From positions 3,658,001 through 3,722,000 of the forward strand of contig OY986949.1 in assembly GCA_963920595.1 (NCBI GenBank): a stretch of 64,000 nucleotides of DNA, in the 5' to 3' direction. Shown here piece after piece: positions 27,701-43,992 of the stretch. The notes beneath the pieces were generated by a model. The model saw only the letters and a program-made list of their open reading frames with translations, made no database searches and was not told the DNA's origin. Every line of letters starts with the position of its first letter. Within the stretch, counting starts at the first letter, position 1. Both the position numbers and the translations under genes were made by a program. Source of the DNA: Eimeria praecox (taxonomy: Eukaryota).

Positions 27701-29630
27701 AAGCCTCAATGCAACACCACGCGCAGCTGCCACGATTGTCTGCCCACGAGCGCCCTGGCCTGCGACCTCCACAAACGCACTTCCTGAGTTATCTGAACAC
27801 AGAAAACAGCGTACACCCGCCAGCCTACCAAGGGCACAACCCGTTGCTAACTGCCATCCAATATCTATTCCCAAGCCCAGCAGCAATCCACAAGATAACG
27901 GGCACTTGCCCGGGCTTCCCACATGCTTCACACATTCATGTCGAACGTGTCCGTCACATAGCGGGTAGGAATTCATGTCTCTCCAACGCCGCACAAGAAA
28001 GCACCTACTAGCCTACGAACAAAACACCCAAATGCCTATGCCAGCTCTGGTCTCACCACAACGCGCTGCCTCGCAAACTGCAACCCCACGCGCAGCTGCC
28101 AAGCTTGTCTGCCCACGAGCGCCCTGGCCTCCCACCTCCACAAACGCACTTCCTGAGTTATCTGAACACAGAAAACAGCGTACACCCGCCAGCCTACCAA
28201 GGGCACAACCCGTTGCTAACCGCCATCCAATATCTATTCCCAACACCATCAGCAATCCACAAGAAAACAGGCATTTCCCCGGGCTTCCCACATGCTTCAC
28301 ATATTCATGTCGAACCCGTCCGTCACACAGCGAGTAGTACTAGATGCCTCTCCAACACCGCACAAGAAAGCACCTACTAGCCTACGAACAAAACACCCAA
28401 ATGCCTATGCCAGCTCTGGTCTCACCACAACGCGCTGCCTCACAAACTGCAACCCCACGCGCAGCTGCCAAGCTTGTCTGCCCACGAGCGCCCTGGCCTC
28501 CCACCTCCACAAACGCACTTCCTGAGTTATCTGAACACAGAAAACAGCGTACACCCGCCAGCCTACCAAGGGCACAACCCGTTGCTAACCGCCATCCAAT
28601 ATCTATTCCCAACACCATCAGCAATCCACAAGAAAACAGGCATTTCCCCGGGCTTCCCACATGCTTCACATATTCACGTCGAACCCGTCCGTCACACAGC
28701 GAGTAGTACTAGATGCCTCTCCAACACCGCACAAGAAAGCACCTACTAGCCTACGAACAAAACACCCAAATGCCTATGCCAGCTCTGGTCTCACCACAAC
28801 GCGCTGCCTCGCAAACTGCAACCCCACGCGCAGCTGCCAAGCTTGTCTGCCCACGAGCGCCCTGGCCTCCCACCTCCACAAACGCACTTCCTGAGTTATC
28901 TGAACACAGAAAACAGCGTACACCCGCCAGCCTACTAAGGGCACAACCCGTTGCTAACCGCCATCCAATATCTATTCCCAACACCATCAGCAATCCACAA
29001 GAGAACAGGCATTTCCCCGGGCTTCCCACATGCTCCACACATTCACGCCGAACGTGTCCGTCACATAGCGAGCAGCAATTTATATCTCTCCGAGACCGCA
29101 CAACAAAGCACCTACTAGCCTACGAACAAAACACCCAAATGCCTATATCAGCGCTGGTTCCCGCGCAACGCGCTGCCTCGCAAAATGCGACCCCACGCGC
29201 AACTGCCAAGCTTGTCTGCGCAGGAGCCCCCTGGCCTCCCACCTCCACAAACGCACTTCCTGAGTTATCTGAGGAAGACAGCCAGGTACACCGGCGAGGC
29301 AGCTACGGGCACGATCCGTTGCAAGCTACTATTGCAGATCTATTTGCAATCGCATGAGCAATTCACTATGAAGCATGCATCTTCCCGAACTTGGCGCTCG
29401 CTAGGTAAACCCAAATCCTGCGGCTTTGTCTTGCGGAGAGTAGTTCATGCGCACCAAGCGCCGCCCGTGACGCTCCAAGGAAAGCTCGGAAGCGCTCATG
29501 CATATCGTTTGCCCGAAAACCATGCGCTGACTCGCACCCTGCAACACGATGAGTTGCCGTTGGGGTCGCCTGTGCAGTATGTATCTGCCTTAATGATTGG
29601 CTAAACTCACTTCCTGAGATGTCTGAGACC
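27701..29630. repeat. Satellite subfamily C: ~4 diverged 369-bp monomers plus a decayed terminal remnant
   Basis: CACTTCCTGAGTTATCTGA recurs at ~27778, 28147, 28516, 28885 and 29254 (369-bp spacing). A degenerate copy, CACTTCCTGAGATGTCTGAG, lies at ~29608. Motifs ACAACGCGCTGCCTCGCA, CCACCTCCACAA and AAGGGCA are shared with B. Confidence 0.9.
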
Positions 29631-32600
29631 AAACCCAACGCGAGAGGGTGAGCGTGGGGTCGTCAACATGCGTTGCAACCCGCCATCCGAGGCGTAGTAC
29701 CAACTGCTGCCCTTCACGACTAAGCATACATCCACTGCAGCCCGGTACCCCTTTGCCAAACACAAGCAGTGCTTTTCGGAACAAGGCACACGATGTGCTG
29801 GCGCAAATGGGATGCAGGCACGGTTTGTTGCAATGCAAAAGCTGAGCATTCTTCGCAGGCGTGGCAGCTGCGTCTTAAGCAAATATCCCCAAGCGTCTGG
29901 GAAAAGCAGCATCCTGTATTAGCTTAGCACATGCTGCCAAACAATGGTGTGCTTGCCCTCAAGTGGGGGCAACGGGCTCAGGTGCCTTTATGCCCATAAA
30001 ATAAGCCCCCTTGCTCGCTCCAGCCTGCATATATTTTTATTGCAGCATCAAGCATAGTTGCTGCGTTCTTTGTCTGCGAAAAACTCCTTCTGTGCCTGAA
30101 CGTTTCGCCAAACCCTTTCTCCTGCTTCTGCTGACACGGAGCGCGACTTGCTCAAGCGAGTGCGTTACGTACCCAGACATATCTGTCACATATGCTAACA
30201 TCTGCTCCAAAGCGCTTCAGTGGCCCGCACACATGCACCGTAGTATCTCATCAGACTCACTGCCTGCTCTTCCTGATAACACACGCAGCGTCCTAACACG
30301 AACTTGGTGAGAACACGCTAGGCCGCATCGCAAACGTAAACACCCAGTTTTAATCGTGGCACTTGGTTGCGAAGCATGTAAACCGTCGCGCTGTACCTGA
30401 GGCCAAGCGCAGCGTGCTAAGGCGACTCCGACGCAGATGCTATGCGCTTGCTACCTCACCACCGAGAACGTTCGCTACTAACTGTAGCGCTTGGCTGCTG
30501 GGTATGCTTCTACCCTAACTAACTTTCTGGGATGCCGGAAAGTACAAGCAGTGCCCGCAGCCGACCTTGTTGCGGCGGCGAGACGGGGCGGTGCCACGCC
30601 AACCATAGCCACCTCCCACCTACTAACTTACGCTCCATATCGCGTTCCCCCAAGCGCAGCTCTTGCTTCTCCTGGTTAGCCCCGAATGCAAATCTTTAAT
30701 GAGTGCACAATTCTTTACACCGCATTCTGCAGCAGCTACCCCGAGCCAGCGGACTTGCCTGTGCAGACTGCGCCTTGCCTAATGTTCCGCGAAACTTATG
30801 TTCTGCATTCTTTGAAGAAAAGGGACTCGCGGAGGCAAGTCTGATGCGGGAAAGATGCGGTGTAATCCTCCATTCCCAGCAAGGAGCAATGGCGAATTTG
30901 AAGCGGGCTCGACCAGCTGAAGTATAGAGTCGAGCACCTACTCTCAGTTGCACCCCTGACCGGTGTAACACGGGTATACGCTAGCAATTTGCCAAGCTCG
31001 CTTTCTGGGCTCCCTAGCAAGGCGTTAGTTCCTAAAGTGACTTTGATGCGGAGAAGAGACGCCTCACCACTAAGTGCCCTTGGAAAAAAGGCACGCATGG
31101 GTTGCTCACATCCTGTGTTGCAGGATAACATCAGCAGCAGTCAGAGGCCCACACTTTGCATCGGCATTGTCAGATCGAGTACCCGCATCAACCAAAGCAT
31201 TTAACTTCGGAGCATGCATCTGTCAGTGCATTTTATAGAGAGCCTCACAATACTTCGTGATTTTCAGGCGCATTTGGACCCCTAATCGTTTCGAGAAGGC
31301 CAGTACGAGCTAGCAACTGCACCACGTGACTCCAGTGCCAGCACACCCCTGATGCGCAGCTCACGCATTTATGCTAGCACCACCAGTTGCATGCGAATGC
31401 GTAACTGACAAACCAGCCAGCTTTCTGATGCGCGTTGCGCCTCCCTCCATATGCGCCTGTACCACCTAGCCACCGTTACCGTGCCTGACCGCAAAGTCTA
31501 GCATAGCATGCCGCCAAACTCTCTCTCGCTTCCACTCACGAGATAACGCCATGCGTTGTCTCCCCATGTTGCGTGCAGGTGAAGGCCGAAACGCGCTAAC
31601 ACTACTCCTTGCTCCAGCGGTTTGCAATGAGGGCGCCTTTATACTTCACACACAACGCTTGACTGTAATGTATCCGCTGGCACATGAAGTTTCACTCGAG
31701 CAGTCGTATCCTTATATACACAGCTGCTCATGATATCCCTGGTTGCACGCTCAAGAAGCCTTTTGACTCTTCGCCGCGCGCACTTCCTCCTACATTTCAC
31801 ATTGAACGCAACGCCGCCGCCCGGCTGTGGCTTTTTGCGCCCGAACCACGAACCGGCAGGCGGCTAGATGGGCCTCTCTAATAGCAGCTGGTCTACTGAT
31901 CGGGTGCATATATGCTAGTGTTGCACACCACTCTCAATGCTTCAGCCGCACATCTGTGCTACGTCTCTACGCGTACACACGTACACGCGGCAGGCTTTTG
32001 CTGTTGCACTGATCCATGCTTCTACAAGCCGTTGGCCTGCTGGTAGAATGCACTTCTTACTGCAAGCGACTTCACAAGCAAAGCCTTTGCTACGCATCTG
32101 TCTGTTCCTTGTGGAAAACCCTCATTCGCAGCTGCCGTAAAGGAGACCTCGATGCTTAGCAGGACTGTTGCACATGTCCATTTCCTGCTGCATTCCGCGC
32201 AAGGCTCAATACTTCCAGCGCAGTCGAAGATCCCCCGCCCCGTTTTATATTCAGCAGCTTGGCCAGTTGGCGTAGGCAGAAAAGCATGCGCCCACGAAAT
32301 CTACCGAAGTACTCATAAACCGTAGTGGTGTTTAGCCTATGCAGCATCGCACTACGGATGGAATTGTCGCTAGACACCCCCACGCAACAGATAAAGCATT
32401 TCCTCACTCGGCGTTATTTTCGAGAATTGCCGCTACCAGCCGCTGCACCTGGCACCCGTGCAGTAAATAAATGCAATCCTCCCGTCGCAATATTGATGTG
32501 CATGCAATTTAGACACTTCGCCACTTCCTAAAACGCCTGCGCATGCATTCCAATATCGTGCAGCATTCTCTTTTTGGCCTGGAGGCCTGGTCTGCCTCCA

Positions 32601-33817
32601 AGCTAAGTTCTAATCCCTTTAGCTGCGTTTTGCGAACACTATTTGCCTGGGTTGATACTGGGAAACCAAAGCCGCAAAGCGGAACTACCTCGCCTAAACT
32701 CCGCCGTCGCAGCGTAAGAAGCAGCACTTCTCCAACATATCAGTGAGTTATTTCATGCGTACAGGGAAGGGCATTATTTGCGTTGACGGCCATATACGAA
32801 TGTCACTGCGGTCTAAAAATGCAGCACTCATCCCTTAAATCCGTGAACCAATTGAACCCAAGCTGAGTACGCGAAAGGACAACGCACGTTATTTCATGAA
32901 TGACCGCACGCCACTAAGTGATCCACAAAACAGTTTACAGGCCCCTGACCCAATTCAGCTTTCGCTAGTCCCACATATTTTCAACTGCTCTCCTACTGCG
33001 GTGAGAATGCACGTCATTGCACGCATGCACTACGCATTGCTCCCCGGAGCCAGGTGCCTTGTTTTCTATTTTTGTGGCAGGACTATAGTTCTGGGTCCCT
33101 CAAGCCCAGCGCTCGTTCATTGCAGTTGCATAACACGGTCACGGGGTACATATATTTTAGCATACACCACGTCGAGAGCTCCCTTCTGGATCCGTTGCAG
33201 ATCCCTAAACACCCAGATGAACTCGCGCAGGATCAGTTGGAAGCTCAAAGCCACGAGAAGGTACGAGCACTTCGAGGCAGCACCTTCATTAGAAGCGGTC
33301 TGCACCTGGAAATTCGATAAGCGGAACTAAGCTGTGTAACCAAGGCCGGCTCTTTAAACTAAAAGCAAGCAGCTGCATACCAGCAGAAAATCGTAGCGAG
33401 AACGAGTGACTGCAGCGTTACCCTGCTGCAGTGTCGGGGGAGCGGCGAGCGGAGATGGCTTTACCGGGATCGCGCTGAACTTCGTCATGCTACAGTTTGA
33501 AACTGATATTTGTCAGGCTAAAGCGTGAAAATGGATGGGCCTTCTCCACCAGACAGTTCAGCCGCAAAACACTGCGCATGCAGAGTCACACAACTCCGAT
33601 AACAAGATGGCAGCGATGTATTAAAACCCCAGGCCTTCTGTGGAGAACTGCCGATATACCCGTCTTCCTATTGAGCCCTCAAGAACCGCCAAGCACAGCA
33701 TTTCGTGTTCCTAGCCTCTCAAAGCCTCATGTGATGGCATGAACAGCAGAGGAAAATCGGTGAGTGTTCCACTGTGATGTCTGGACACGGGCAAGGCTGC
33801 TCATGAATAATCGGGTA

Positions 33818-33887
33818 GCCTGCAGTCTGTGACACTACCAGGTAGGGGCAACTATGCCCCTACATGGTAGTGTCACAGACTGCAGGC
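33818..33887. other. Near-perfect inverted repeat (33-bp arms, one mismatch, 4-nt loop)
   Basis: GCCTGCAGTCTGTGACACTACCA-G-GTAGGGGCA, loop ACTA, then TGCCCCTAC-A-TGGTAGTGTCACAGACTGCAGGC. The arms were checked base by base. Confidence 0.95.
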
Positions 33888-34037
33888 AACACCGGCCAGG
33901 GCCGCGTGAGTCCAGCAAGATATTTACCCTCGCTGAGCCTGCTAGCATCCCTGGTTTATTCTGCTACAAAAAAAGGTAGGAAACCTGAAAATGCCGAGGG
34001 GAATGGCGGGCCATTGTCAGCTGTTCCCCTGCAGAAG

Positions 34038-34400
34038 TCATGCACAACGAGGGCAAGAACCTACCGAACACACGTCTGAGTCTTCGTCTGTAAGTCTTCC
34101 AGCCTGTCTTTCGGTATTTTCTTGCGTCTTGTGCCGCAGAGCGGAGGAGCAGCTCACAGTGAGGAAAACCACTGCCATTGCGGCCATGAGAGATACTATG
34201 GCAGCGGTGGTTAGGATTGGGCGAGATCTCCATCCTAAAAGTGCAATATGTCCCTCCGTCTTGAGAAAGACCTCATTTTCTTGAGGAAGTGTTTCATCTT
34301 CAACGGATATTTCAAGCCCTGCTCCGGGCAAGGCTTGGGAGGCGGTTACAACCTCCAGGAGCGTATAGATGATAGACAGAAAAGAGAATAAGAGAATCAT
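34038..34400 (-). pseudogene. First exon of a putative secreted/membrane protein gene (signal peptide + TM helix); downstream part apparently decayed
   Basis: ATG at 34400 begins a hydrophobic signal-like N-terminus (MILLFSFLSIIYTLLEVVTA). A second hydrophobic helix (ILTTAAIVSLMAAMAVVFLTVSC) follows, then GRLTDEDSDVCS and a GTAGGT donor-like site near 34065. This resembles, from memory, first exons of Eimeria-specific families. No long in-phase downstream exon was found. Confidence 0.45.
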
Positions 34401-35349
34401 TGTCCCTCAAACCACATCGAGGTATATTTTACGCAATGGAACCCCGAAGAAGGTGGTTTCTGATATAATCCCATTCAGAGACCACTACAGCCAACACTGT
34501 CAGTCCCGACTACACCATAGGCCTTCCGGTGGGGAATGAAAGGGCTACACCACGCACTTACTCATGCAATCTTTTGTATAGCCACAGTCAAATAATTCAA
34601 TTAAAGTATTATAAGCCTGAAAATGGACGGAAAGCCCTACTAATAAGAGGCCTCATAGGGCGACCGCCTTTAAGGACTAAGCAGGTGTCCGTGCAGTTGG
34701 CCGTCCTTCAGGCAACATGACGCCGTTGCAAATGCTCATATCTGCAAGGTTAATTTATCCCGGCAAAATTCAATAATTCCAATAGAGTTCGAATAAGCCT
34801 TGATTTGCCTAAAGGCCCCCCACTGAGCTAGGCTAATTCGTTGCATGGTCTGTGCAGGATGGTCCATGCGATGCTGGTCATAGTATCTCTATTTGCGCAC
34901 AAGCTGGATATATAAAAGGCCAAGTAGGTGTTTAATAACTGCACAGTGCCAGCGTATGTAGCTCGAGGAGCTTGGTTGCGCTTGCCCTTGGGCTGTAGCG
35001 AGGGCCCGGGCGACCCTCGCGAGCTGCAGGAAACGGGTTACAGAAAGAATTCCACAAGAGCATCTGGCTGCTCCTCTAGCCTCCAGCTACCCTAGGCACG
35101 TTGGCCGAAGCTCCTGGATGTAGTGCAGCATAGCCAGTGCACCATGGCCAATGTAGGATGGTCTGCCTTGTGCAGATACTCGTACCTCTACTTGCTCGCA
35201 GGATGCCAATGCAGGGACAGGAAAGTGTTTGATGGCTGTTTGTGCTGCAGTCTACAATGATACCACAGGTGTCAAAGTAGGGATCGGCTGTGCACTGATG
35301 TGGGGTTGCCTTGCCGCACTAGTTGCAGCAGGGACCGTTGCAGCTCATG

Positions 35350-37750
35350 ACAGTCCTGCCCCTGCCATCACCAGCTCAGCGCTTTTAGACCGGTGCGCCG
35401 AGGAACTCTGGAGGCTGGACGGCAGGTCAACTGCTTTGGGGAGCTCTTTCGTGGAGCCGTTTTTATCTATTGCATGTGGTGACAGTGCTCAGCTACGGTC
35501 GAGAATCCTCGTTACACGCTTTACAGCCTTGTATGGTCCAAAGGGGCACGTGCGAGCAGCGAACTTCACCCTCCCGGAAGGGCTGCCTGGTGCACCGCAA
35601 TCTTTACTTGCGAAGGCGTTTGCAAAAAAAGGCCATGTGTTCTACGGAAAGCCTACAACAATTCTCAGCCATTTCCAGTGGGGAAGCAGCCAACCGCTTG
35701 GTGCCCAGTCCCACTGGGGAAAGCGCAGTAGCGCCAGCCTATCCAGCATAAAGTGTTCCCACTGTAAAAGTAATTCATGAAAAAAGCCTATGCCTTTTTC
35801 GAACTTCCAGACATTACGCTCGTCGAGATGCAGGGTTAGTGAAGGAGCTCCTTGTCCCGCTGGTACTGCATTTTCCCCCCACATTGCGCCCGAAGAAGTA
35901 CAGTTGGTGCTGGCGCTTTCTGTACTGTCGTAGAACGCACGACAATGCAGGTTGCATCTATGCAAGGAATCACTTTTCCCAAACGCATCCCAGGTATGCA
36001 AGCATCCCTGAATGCGCTGCGATGTAGGCTTTTGCCAGGCTCGCAAGAGACCAGGCAATGGTAGAACTGAGAAAGCTTAAACGAGGGGAACTGCCGACAG
36101 AGTGCTACTTTGGCAAGTATCACCCCTTGGTGGGCAGAAGTCCAGCACTGAGGCCGGAGCTTTTGTATCACTGTTTCATATTAGGCCTATCCCCAGGAGA
36201 AAGACAGTCGGCAAGTGGATAATCATTAGATGAATAGATGACTAGAGGAATAGACTCCTGGGCTATGCAAGAAGCCCAGCTGCCCAGCTGCAAGTAGTTC
36301 GTCGATCAGGGGCATGGGCAACCTCTATTCCAACGTGATTTTGTAGGAGGGCTTGAAGCCAACGCCAGTTCCCCGCATCCCCTCCTTCTTGGCCAACGCA
36401 AAATTGAAGCCCAAGGCGATAGTTAATGAATAGGGTTTGCCTTTGCTTACCTATTCTTCTGCTCCGGGGTTGACTTCCTTTTCAAGATGGGGAGGGGCGC
36501 TACGGCATCTTACAACAAACCTTTGCGTTGGCCCGGGGATTAGTTCAATGTGGTGCATTGAGCATCCAACAGGTGACAGCCCAACTGGTATCTTTGTTAT
36601 TTAGTACATCTCAATTGTGCCCATTTCTGCTGTTGTTCAGCTGTTCACTGAATCGAATTCCCCAAAACGTCGGTCTCCGTAGGACCTTCACGACAGAATC
36701 CATGCATATATGCATTATTCCCTGCATTGCGCCTACGCTGCGTAACAGCCTTGCCGCTACCTTCGCCTTGCGGCACTGATTGCACTTCTTTCACCTTAAA
36801 GGATGCAACACCCCTCTGGAAACTGGGAGCTGTACTCACTCATCTCTTCATCCCGTCACGCAGAAGCCAGTAGTGTCGTCATGACCTCATGCAACCTCCG
36901 CTGAGTCCCCCGCAGCACGCATAGACATATGGCTTGGTGGACTGACCAACCATTGAGTCCCGGATCATGGAAATATGACTCATTTCTGAATGCTGCACGC
37001 ATATGCCCATAATCGTGCCGAATACCGTATCATTTCTGCCGTCTGCGAAGCGCAGTCCCAGATACTATATCAACGAATGTGCGTATAGGTTGTACCTAAT
37101 CCCCGTAGCTTAACTCCTGACAATTCATGCGACCTTCGAAAAGCAGATATGGCCTGAGGAGGATCCGCAGGTGTGGCGGCTGCTTCTTCCGTTCCTTCGC
37201 CAAGTGGCACCTTGCGTGGAGGGGCGGGTGCTTCGCTGATCGCCTTGCTCGTTCCCCAGGCGGCGCGGCCTGAATGCTTGCTTCTGTAGGCCTTTTGCTT
37301 CTTTTATCCTCCGCCAATCCCGAATCATGTGATTCTTGTCTATAGCAAAAGAAGCAGATGCCACGCTCAGCGTTCCCCTTCGCCTTCTGGATGGTGAATT
37401 CGGCAGCTCCTGCCGGTTGCTGCAATTTGTCCTCTTCTGATAGGCCTGGCTTTCGCCGCCCAAACATTCACAGGGCTTATATCTGGGTCTTTTTCGAAAC
37501 CAGTTTATTATTCCTCAGTTGGGGTAGTGGAAGGAGTTTTTTTCTCTTTAGACCGTATGTACTCTACCATTCCGCCGAGCTCCACCAGTTCCCCCCCTTA
37601 GTTCCTTTGAAGCGGCCCAGCCGTTTACCGCCTACCTCTCTCCGAGAGACCAAAGCTATGAAGCACTACTGCAGAAGCTCCGAATCAAATGTTAGGTCTC
37701 TATTTACCAAGGGAAAATGCTTCTGAATGCAACCCCCTATAGGCGCCTTC
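35350..37750 (-). mobile_element. Degenerate, internally deleted Ty3/Gypsy LTR retrotransposon (gag-PR-partial RT-IN remnants)
   Basis: Manual minus-strand translation gives, in Gypsy order: Gag knuckle-like ERGICFFCYRQESH (~37370-37325); protease-like LLFEGRMN..LRFADG (~37150-37035); RT N-terminus IPVGLSP..HHIELIPG..PPHLEKEV..EE*VSKG..LAKKEG..KITLE*RLPMPLIDELL (36600-36292, two in-frame stops); integrase HHCC-like AHQGV..CLVSCEPGK..CIP (~36140-35990); GPY/F module KFAARTCPFGPYKAVKRV (~35566-35513). Boundaries are approximate and no LTRs were identified. Confidence 0.82.
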
Positions 37751-38261
37751 GTTGTGTAAGCTTCCTCAGTTCTGCTAGCCCGCTCTCTTGTCAACCTGGG
37801 AATAAATGTGCTTCGCAGTGCTGTTCGGAAGACTTAGATACTCCGAATGCGCTCCGAAACAGTGATGCACCTGCTTAGATGCAATCTCCGTTACCGTGCC
37901 TTCCCGTTACCGCGCCTTCCCATCGAATACGGAAGATACCAATGGCAGCTGAGGCTCTTTCGGTGCACTGTGAAGAGGTGAGCACAACCACAGGGAAAGA
38001 AAGACCTCGCACACTGCCATTCCGCTGCGACGCCCGTAGTATATGCAAGCTCGGCAAAGCCGTATGCCTCTTCCCTGCATTGTTTTTGCTGTAAAAGTAC
38101 TTACTGCTGGACGGCCTAAGGCTACTGCGCTTGTTCTAGAACGCAGAGGGCCCAGCCGTTGATCGGTTCCGAACTGGCGGCATATCTGCATATCTTGAGC
38201 AGTATCCACAATGCACGGGTAAACAGGCTAAAGAATTGTATTCTTGCCACCGCCCTTGTGA

Positions 38262-38323
38262 CTAACCGCTGCGATGTTGCAGACGGCCCCGCTAACCGCT
38301 GCGATGTTGCAGACGGCCCCGCT
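38262..38323. repeat. Perfect 30-bp tandem duplication
   Basis: CTAACCGCTGCGATGTTGCAGACGGCCCCG occurs twice in tandem. Confidence 0.95.
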
Positions 38324-39577
38324 GGCACATATTCCCCATTGAATCATGCAATGCTACCAACTGCAACGAATACAACGAATGTACGCACTCTTAGCTGAGG
38401 ACCGCGGCCATCTGCGATAGGGGCAAAAGACTTGAAGAAGGGCTCCCCAAAGAGCAGCTGCCCAGTCCTCCAGAATCCAGGCTTCCTCGGAACAACTACC
38501 CAAGGGACTCGGGCTCGTGAGGACGCGGCAAGGCCTGTCATGAACTGCAACGCACCTTCGAGCATCTAGCGCTGCAAGGCAGCCCCCATGCACAGGCAAC
38601 ATATGCCTCCCCCGATTCATGTGCTACTGTTGTAGACTACAGTTCAAGCTGTATTTAAGCACTTATTTGATCCTCCATTGTGTGCCTGCTGGCAAGTGGG
38701 GATGCCAGTGCCAGGATCACGCAGAGCATGCTACTCTCTTTGAAGGCAGCCGGCCGCCCATCCTTCAGGCTTCCTGGGCACAGCACCACAAATGTCTGAG
38801 GCTGCTGTTTAAGGCAGGCGGACCATCGTGAGTTACAGTACACCTGGCTGCAAGTTCTGTTGAAAGGCAACCCTACAAACAAGTACAAACACGCCCCTGT
38901 CATAGCATGCACTAGCACTGCGTGCAACTCTTAAACACGGCCTTTGCCCTCAGAAGGCGCCCTTCATGCTTGTGGAAATACGCTTACCGCTTTTAGAAAT
39001 ACCATGTTACAGGGAAACTGCCGTAGAAACTGTCCTGCGGAAGACTTGTCTAGAGGGGACGCGAGGGGGGCAAGCCTTCCAGCTTCCGGCCTGCTTGAAG
39101 TATAATTTCTGCCATATAATTGCAAAGTGATACCTTAAATGAAGCATTATTGTAATTTCATTTCCAATTTCCGCCTTCATTTGTCGTCGTTATCAGTGCC
39201 AAAAGGTGTGCAGCTCAAGTTCAACGGCTCGAGGGCCCCGAACGTGCTGGCATGTGGCCTATTGAGTAGCGAATAGCTTAGACTGCGTGAATATACATAC
39301 ATGTAGAAATACGTATTCACAAATGCCAGTCTTCATCTTCTTCCCCAGTGGCTAATCTGCGCTTCAGGAGGCGAGACGTTGGAAGTTGCAGCTATCGATG
39401 ATCACAGGGGTTGCCTATGGCAGAACGAACGTTGAATCACATTTGGAAATGATGCTGGGTTAATTAATCGGCGACGGCTCTTCTTTCTGGTCTCCCAGTA
39501 GCCGAATGCAAAGAAGGCCCCGCTTTCACGGCTCAACTCAATAAGCACAGATCTACTGCGGGTTTTCCAGCTCAATC

Positions 39578-43992
<4,415 letters not shown>

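Noticed and set aside
87..29357. Hundreds of short, repeated Cys/Thr/Ala-rich ORFs suggesting a tandem peptide gene family
   Set aside because: Unit lengths of 370/372/376 bp change frame, ORFs occur in all six frames, stops and indels vary freely among copies, and there is no recognisable domain. They are by-products of a T-poor satellite.
1..29630. CRISPR array, or 5S rRNA/tRNA/snRNA tandem genes
   Set aside because: Whole units are homologous with no unique spacers, the context is eukaryotic with no cas genes, and I recognise no 5S, tRNA or Pol III terminator sequence.
35229..35780. 183-aa plus-strand ORF with a hydrophobic N-terminus
   Set aside because: It begins at TTG and is antisense to the integrase GPY/F remnant, so it is most likely a shadow ORF.
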